Origin: a virus
Lineage: Duplodnaviria; Heunggongvirae; Uroviricota; Caudoviricetes
Reading direction: 5' to 3' (one strand)
Length of the DNA stretch: 27,929 nucleotides
IMG/VR virus record: IMGVR_UViG_2802429243_000001
This document shows, piece after piece, positions 23,053 through 27,929 of this stretch. The translations under genes and the position numbers were made by a program. Numbering within the stretch: the first letter of the stretch is position 1; each line of letters begins with the position of its first letter. The notes beneath the pieces were generated by a model. That model was not told where the DNA came from, did no database searches, and saw only the letters and a list, made by a program, of their open reading frames with translations.

Positions 23053-23603
23053 TCGCTGGCATGATGAAATATGTGTACCCGGTAACCCCGGTGTGCATCG
23101 TTTTTGATTATTCCCGCACACTCACGCAGAAGGAATTCCCCGTCGGGCTACGGTCTCTGTTAATACGGGAATACGGCGACGATACAGCGCATGATGTGTC
23201 AGGCTTGAATACCTTTATCCTTTAAAAGGGATATCAGTTAAGTTATCCCGTGTAGGGTATAAGCCATTATCAAAGCCACTCTGTAGGGAATGGCTTTTGT
23301 GATGGCATCACTTACTCTTTACGCTGCTATCCCACTCATCCCGGAATTTTGATGGGTTATTGAAACCTTCTGCTGACATAACAACTCCTTCAATGTTTGG
23401 CTGAAATTAGGATGTCTTTCCATCAGTCCGCCACCACAAAGAATCTTTTTTGCCATAAGGCAGGAGGTTCATCTTTCAGTGGCTGCCGGTGTTATTTCTC
23501 CACTTACTGGCTTGGGTTGTTTCGTGGTACTGCCGTTAACTGGTGGCCCAGAATAAATTCCGGTTTCATTATCAAGCCCACCCGTAAATGGGCTTTGTAA
23601 TGG

Positions 23604-23879
23604 CTACTTCACTTTTGCTTTTGCTTTTGCTTTTGCTTCCGCTCGCTTACGCCGGCGCTCTTCTTTCCTCTCGGCTTTTGCCATGTCCATGAATGCCTGC
23701 ATGATCGAGTTCCGCATCATGTAGCTAACAAAGTGATGATTGACACAGCCGTTGAGGCGCAGCTGCTCGCCAAACTCATCCACCGAGGCCAATGCTTCCA
23801 TCATGCCCTTCTCGCCTTTCATGAACTCTGAGAAGTCGCGCCCCGCTCTGGAGGCGCATTCAATAACCCGATCACTCAT
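23604..23879 (-). CDS. Hypothetical protein (91 aa) with KR-rich and (AK)n C-terminal tail; coupled to the upstream KilA-N gene
   Basis: ATG overlaps the KilA-N gene stop (ATGA at 23876-23879). C-terminus KAERKEERRRKRAEAKAKAKAKVK. Confidence 0.55.
   Translation of the reverse strand: MSDRVIECASRAGRDFSEFMKGEKGMMEALASVDEFGEQLRLNGCVNHHFVSYMMRNSIMQAFMDMAKAERKEERRRKRAEAKAKAKAKVK
23612..23638. repeat. Hexanucleotide tandem repeat (CTTTTG, about 4.5 copies) encoding the (AK)n tail of the 91-aa protein
   Basis: Direct inspection of 23612-23638. Confidence 0.8.
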
Positions 23880-24373
23880 CCCGGAAGCCCGGGGATCGTA
23901 ATCTGCAGCTGGTTAGCCAGGGAGTTAATCTCAGCGACCAACACTGGCTTCGTATAGCGCCATGCTGCCAGCCCTTGTCCGCAGAAGCTCGCCATGTCTT
24001 TCTTCTGGTCAAACTCATGACATTTCATGTTGAGCTGCGCACTTAAGCTGTTGCGATGCTGAAGTTCTCCGGTGAAGTAGTCATCGAGGACTTTATAGGC
24101 CGCGTACTTGAACCCGGGGTTTAACCAAGCCGCATAATCGTAAGCAACAAACTTCCCGCCATATGTTCCACCGTGTACACCGCGCTCAGTAAAAACCACA
24201 GATTCGTGGTTTTTCTCCAGCTCGGCTAAGAACTCTTTGGTCTGCTTGTTTCGCAGGTAGTGGTAAGGCGATTCAGATTCACTTTTACCACTGGCTTTCC
24301 ACATATCAGTGAGGCAGATCATGCCATCTTCACCGATACGAATTGGTTGATTGAAGAGGGTTAATGATTTCAT
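23876..24373 (-). CDS. KilA-N domain protein (165 aa)
   Basis: Pattern IRIGEDGMICLTDMWKASGK...YLRNKQTKEFLAEL...RG.HGGTYG...VAYDYAAWLNPGF fits the KilA-N/APSES consensus; ATG at 24373. Confidence 0.65.
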   Translation of the reverse strand: MKSLTLFNQPIRIGEDGMICLTDMWKASGKSESESPYHYLRNKQTKEFLAELEKNHESVVFTERGVHGGTYGGKFVAYDYAAWLNPGFKYAAYKVLDDYFTGELQHRNSLSAQLNMKCHEFDQKKDMASFCGQGLAAWRYTKPVLVAEINSLANQLQITIPGLPG

Positions 24374-24488
24374 AGCGTGTACCTACTCTTTGAAATGAAC
24401 CTTTGCCGCACAGGAAACCAGCCCACCGAGGCTCGCCAGCACTAACTGGTATCCTCAAAGGCCCATTCCAAAGGGGCAGGTTCGGTGT

Positions 24489-24513
24489 AAAAAACATGCG
24501 TTGCGGTACGCAT
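24489..24513 (-). terminator. Putative rho-independent terminator downstream of Rz
   Basis: Minus strand ATGCGT-accgca-ACGCAT followed by GTTTTTT. Confidence 0.45.
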
Positions 24514-24574
24514 TTATTGCAAAAAGCCCCGCATCGCGAGGCTCATTAAATGGACTTTGTGATTTGCAAAAAAA

Positions 24575-25033
24575 TTATTTCAGGCATTGCGTCCTGATGT
24601 ATTCCTGCAGGTAGTTAACCTGCGCGGTTATCTTGTCGATTCCACTTCGGAGACGGTAATAATTGAGTTCAGCATCTGCTGTAAGTCCTGGGCTTTCTCC
24701 ATCGCCCATGCCGCTGGCTCCGGTCGTTGACTTTGCACAGGTGGCGGCGACTTGCAGGCGCTTACGCCCAGCAGAAACATCAGCACGGAGACTTTCGATA
24801 GTCGCGTTAGCATCAGCAAGCTCCTTTGTGTATCTTGCGTCGAGTTCTGCTACATCACGTTGACGCTTCCGCATGTCAGCGATGGTGGCGTTCGCCTTCT
24901 CCAGTTCACTGGCCTTGTTATCGCGCTGCTCTTTGTAGGCGATTGCGTTATCACGGTAATGATTAACAGCCAATGACAGGCAGACGATGATGCAGATAAC
25001 CAGAGCGGAGATAATCGCGGTTACTCTGTTCAT
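24575..25033 (-). CDS. Rz: i-spanin Rz (152 aa)
   Basis: [20 protein letters not shown]...NHYRDNA... with N-terminal TM, coiled coil and C-terminal Cys; ATG at 25033 overlaps the R stop (ATGA). Confidence 0.9.
   Translation of the reverse strand: MNRVTAIISALVICIIVCLSLAVNHYRDNAIAYKEQRDNKASELEKANATIADMRKRQRDVAELDARYTKELADANATIESLRADVSAGRKRLQVAATCAKSTTGASGMGDGESPGLTADAELNYYRLRSGIDKITAQVNYLQEYIRTQCLK
24628..24813 (-). CDS. Rz1: o-spanin Rz1 (lipoprotein), embedded in the +1 frame of Rz
   Basis: [20 protein letters not shown] lipobox, then Pro-rich [16 protein letters not shown]; AAGGAG RBS 7 nt upstream of the ATG at 24813. Confidence 0.8.
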   Translation of the reverse strand: MLTRLSKVSVLMFLLGVSACKSPPPVQSQRPEPAAWAMEKAQDLQQMLNSIITVSEVESTR

Positions 25034-25527
25034 TGCTGACCCCACAAACAGATTTCACGCTCAATCTCACGACGAGTCATGAGACCTTTCCATTGCTTAC
25101 CGCCAGCATATGTCCAGCGACGTAGCTGATCACATGTGCCTTTGATATCGCCCTGGTTTATTTTGCGAAGAAGCGTCGATGTTCTGAAATTGCCAGCGCC
25201 CACGTTGTAAACGAACGAGTAAAGAGCGCCGCGCATTGTTTCCGGTATATCAACTTTTATGTACGGGTTAATTTGTCTGGCGACCGTGGCAAGGTCTTTA
25301 TTCAGGAGGGCTTTGCATTCTGCTTTGGTATACGTTTTACCGAGCATGATGTCTTTTCCTGTATGCCCGTGACATACAGTCCATACACCAACAATATCTT
25401 TGTATGGTATGTAGCTGACACCTTCCAGACCATCGTTACCACTTGGGCCAGTGATTAACACTGATGCTATAGCAATTGCTCCGCCACCAATAGCAGCAGC
25501 AACGACTTTTCGTAATGATGGAGGCAT
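25030..25527 (-). CDS. R: SAR (signal-anchor-release) endolysin, phage-21 R type lysozyme (165 aa)
   Basis: Gly/Ala-rich weakly hydrophobic N-terminal SAR domain ([20 protein letters not shown]) followed by a lysozyme domain; matches R21 as recalled. Confidence 0.9.
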   Translation of the reverse strand: MPPSLRKVVAAAIGGGAIAIASVLITGPSGNDGLEGVSYIPYKDIVGVWTVCHGHTGKDIMLGKTYTKAECKALLNKDLATVARQINPYIKVDIPETMRGALYSFVYNVGAGNFRTSTLLRKINQGDIKGTCDQLRRWTYAGGKQWKGLMTRREIEREICLWGQQ

Positions 25528-25742
25528 TATTCACCTCTCGCAGCCTTGCGCTTATCTTCTTTAATCTTGAAATAAAGGTTTGTCAGGTACGTCAGCAGGC
25601 CAAATACCAGGCTACCCAGCACACCTATTGCTGCCCACTGTGAGGGCGTGACTTTATCGAGCAGCTGTAAAAACCAGTAGCCAGCACTGCCTGCGGAGGT
25701 GCCGTAGGCAATGCCCGTTGTTAACTTATCCATGGATTTCAT
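25527..25742 (-). CDS. S: Pinholin S21 (71 aa; dual-start motif MKSMDKL giving the S21-71 antiholin and S21-68 holin)
   Basis: [31 protein letters not shown]...[13 protein letters not shown] matches phage 21 S as recalled; GGAGGTGAGG RBS. Confidence 0.9.
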   Translation of the reverse strand: MKSMDKLTTGIAYGTSAGSAGYWFLQLLDKVTPSQWAAIGVLGSLVFGLLTYLTNLYFKIKEDKRKAARGE

Positions 25743-25837
25743 AGCCTCACCTCCGCAAATAACGGATGGTGTACACGGTTCGGAACGAAGAGGAAAGGTA
25801 TAGAAGTTACATTAGCGTAAGGCTTGAACATCTATTC

Positions 25838-25868
25838 AAAAAGAAAAACGCCAGCGATTATTCTGGCG
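25838..25868 (-). terminator. Rho-independent terminator between the AraC-like gene and S
   Basis: Minus strand CGCCAG-aataatcg-CTGGCG followed by TTTTTCTTTTT. Confidence 0.55.
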
Positions 25869-25930
25869 TAGCTGAAAGCATCATACAATTATCAAATACG
25901 AAAATTACAAAATCATTAAAACGCATCACG

Positions 25931-26662
25931 TTACATCATGTCTTTTTCTAAAAAAAATCTTGATGAATATTGATGGGGAGGAACACCAAAATATCTTCTG
26001 AAAACACTTACAAAATATGACGTGTTTTCATAACCGCATATCTCAGCAACTTTTCCAACAGAATATAAATTGTAGCTTAATAACCTTTCCGCCATCACCA
26101 TTCGCTCTTCAAGAATTAATTTACTAAATGATAAGCCTTCGTGCTTTAATTTTCTTTTTAACAGACTTTCACTCAGATACAGTCTTGAAGATATATCACA
26201 AAGTCTCCATGTTGCAGATATATCCGTGTGAATAATAGCCTTAACTTTACTTCCTAAACTATTAAGACATCCAAATAAAAAACTTTGCACTATTTTCTCT
26301 GAAGATAAGATAGCAAGACATGCAAGTGATATTTGATTTCTAACAAAATCCACAGTTCTGCCATCACAATTCAAGCATGCAATCAAGTTCTTTAACAATG
26401 AAAAATCTTCACATTCCACCATCAAGTATGCCGGATAAAACCTTCTTACAGAAAAAGGTGAGAGTGTGTTGCTTTTAAAGAAATCATTAACTGTTTTCTC
26501 TTCAACATCTACGATCATTACATGATCTATATTTGATGAAAAAAAATCTTTTAAATTGTAATCAATGAGAACAGCACTTCCTTTTTTAAACAAAATATCT
26601 TCTTTACCAATTCGGACATCAAACGAGTTCAACACCAAAATGATAGAACATATGTATGGCAT
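25931..26662 (-). CDS. AraC-family transcriptional regulator, AppY/EnvY-like (about 243 aa), AT-rich accessory gene
   Basis: C-terminal AraC-type HTH (VGKVAEICGYENTSYFVSVFRRYFGVPPHQY); N-terminus MPYICSIILVLNSFD... resembles AppY of DLP12 as recalled. ATG at 26662 with AGGTGG RBS; the track start at 26671 is a GTG. Confidence 0.75.
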   Translation of the reverse strand: MPYICSIILVLNSFDVRIGKEDILFKKGSAVLIDYNLKDFFSSNIDHVMIVDVEEKTVNDFFKSNTLSPFSVRRFYPAYLMVECEDFSLLKNLIACLNCDGRTVDFVRNQISLACLAILSSEKIVQSFLFGCLNSLGSKVKAIIHTDISATWRLCDISSRLYLSESLLKRKLKHEGLSFSKLILEERMVMAERLLSYNLYSVGKVAEICGYENTSYFVSVFRRYFGVPPHQYSSRFFLEKDMM

Positions 26663-27013
26663 ATTATCCACCTGATATCATTGGGGTTACACCAGGTAAG
26701 TATAGGTGGAAAATCAATATTCGCCAGTTCAACAATAAGGAAAATCTCATTGCATCACAAGTATAAAATTATGTATTTAACTCACAAAGACAAATTATTA
26801 AACCAATCTGTTATATTATATATAGCTGCGTGGAATCATAATATCATATATTTTGACTGGCATGTTTACCAAATTTAAGTTGCATCTCAATGGTTTCTTC
26901 AGCGTAAACAGAGTTTTTATACAAACTGACACTCTGGGTATCATAGTGTAGTTTTTACGATTGTAAATATCCTGTATGCAGGAACTCATCCTTTTGGATG
27001 ATATCGCATACAA

Positions 27014-27793
27014 TTAATTTACCATCAGTCTTAGAGCCAGTTCGTCCGGATAGGGATCGAAGTAATTCTGTGTAAGCAAGTAATCATTAGGATACTCACC
27101 CAGATAATGCTTCAGCAGAGTCAACGGCGCAAGAAGAGGTAATGTGCCAGAACGATAGTTAAGTATAACCTCGCTCAACTCTTTACGCTGGCGTGTACTT
27201 AAGTAGTTACTAAAATACCCCTGTATATGCATCAGCACATTCGTGTGATTTTTACGTGATGCAGGTTTTCTGAGAATCGCCATCAGCTTATCACGATACA
27301 CCTCAAAGTATGATTCAAGATCCGCCCACTCGTGTATTGCAGCCACAAATGGTCCCATATCTTTATAGCCTGTCTGACTATGCGCCAACAACTGAAGCTT
27401 ATAACGACTATGAAAAGCCAATAACTCTCTTCTTGATAATTTCTCCTTGTAAAGGTGATTGAGCTCATGCAAAGCAAAAACTCTTTCAACAAAATTCTCA
27501 CGAAGCACTGGATCATGTAATCGCCCATCCTCTTCAACCGGTAGCCAGGAAAACTTTTCCATCAAAGTGCTCGTAAATAGTCCCACTCCATCTTTACGAC
27601 CTCGATTACCATTTTCATCATAGACACGCACGCGCTCCATGCCACAGCTGGGAGATTTAGCACAAACCACAAACCCCGATACATCCTTTAATTTGTCCAT
27701 ATAAGAACGACTAAACTCTGTCATTCTCTCTGTCACATCCTCATTCTGGTCGTGGCTGAAACACATCCGTATATTTCCTTGCGTCGAGCGCAC
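27014..27793 (-). CDS. DUF523/DUF1722 (YbgA-like) protein, probably 5'-truncated by the adjacent IS element
   Basis: Contains the SPSCG motif and a DUF1722-like C-terminal half (HTNVLMHIQGY...LLAPLTLLKHYL) as recalled for YbgA; the N-terminal part of DUF523 is absent; the reading frame runs open into the IS terminal repeat; the first in-frame start is a GTG at 27793. Confidence 0.55.
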   Translation of the reverse strand: MRSTQGNIRMCFSHDQNEDVTERMTEFSRSYMDKLKDVSGFVVCAKSPSCGMERVRVYDENGNRGRKDGVGLFTSTLMEKFSWLPVEEDGRLHDPVLRENFVERVFALHELNHLYKEKLSRRELLAFHSRYKLQLLAHSQTGYKDMGPFVAAIHEWADLESYFEVYRDKLMAILRKPASRKNHTNVLMHIQGYFSNYLSTRQRKELSEVILNYRSGTLPLLAPLTLLKHYLGEYPNDYLLTQNYFDPYPDELALRLMVN

Positions 27794-27802
27794 AAGACGT
27801 AG

Positions 27803-27929
27803 TGAATCGCCCCGGGAATCCTGGAGACTAAACTCCTTGAGAGAGAGGTAAACAGGATGACTAAAAATACGCGCTTTTCCCCTGAGGTCCGTCAGCGGGC
27901 CGTTCGTATGGTTATCGAAAGCCAGAATG
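27803..27929 (+). mobile_element. Left end of an IS3-family insertion sequence (IS629/IS3411-like), partial; continues beyond the window
   Basis: Terminal repeat TGAATCGCCCCGGGAATCCTGGAGACTAAACTCC resembles the IS629 IRL as recalled (not identical). Confidence 0.8.
27857..27929 (+). CDS. IS3-family transposase OrfA, N-terminal fragment (continues beyond the window)
   Basis: MTKNTRFSPEVRQRAVRMVIESQN matches the IS629-group OrfA N-terminus as recalled. Confidence 0.85.
   Translation, partial: MTKNTRFSPEVRQRAVRMVIESQN

Noticed and set aside
23397-23600. Plus-strand 67-aa ORF and an AGGAGG-like motif at about 23463
   Set aside because: No start codon at proper spacing from the motif; the ORF has no recognisable features and lies in the structured non-coding segment.
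26681-27013. Small ORFs (65 aa each) in the AT-rich spacer between the AraC-like and YbgA-like genes
   Set aside because: One is merely the same-frame continuation after the YbgA-like stop with a TTG start; both are AT-rich low-complexity with no RBS, and are more likely promoter or intergenic DNA.

Overview
This window is the late (lysis plus morphogenesis) region of an integrated lambda-like prophage from an E. coli-like enterobacterium, encoded almost entirely on the minus strand. From high to low coordinates: the left end of an IS3-family (IS629-like) element; a probably 5'-truncated DUF523/DUF1722 (YbgA-like) gene; an AT-rich AraC-family (AppY/EnvY-like) regulator; a phage-21-type lysis cassette (S21 pinholin, SAR endolysin, Rz/Rz1); a KilA-N-domain gene coupled to a 91-aa gene; a plus-strand RHH + DUF1398 (YbcV-like) pair; an intact cos site; the full lambda head set (Nu1, A, W, B, C/Nu3, D, E, FI, FII) and tail set (Z, U, V, G/T, H, M, L, K, I, J); an intrinsic terminator where lambda carries lom; a side tail fibre gene with a lambda-like N-terminus and unrelated C-terminus; and two tightly coupled small genes (acidic 92 aa, membrane 97 aa) where lambda has tfa. 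I found no rRNA, tRNA or CRISPR array. The head and tail genes are well-understood lambda biology, and I could not identify any recognisable, complete novel system from sequence alone. The plausible places for undescribed function are the accessory positions: the stf-downstream gene pair, the KilA-N/91-aa pair, the RHH/DUF1398 pair and the AraC regulator upstream of the lysis cassette. All homology statements rest on recognition of protein sequences from memory, not on database searches.
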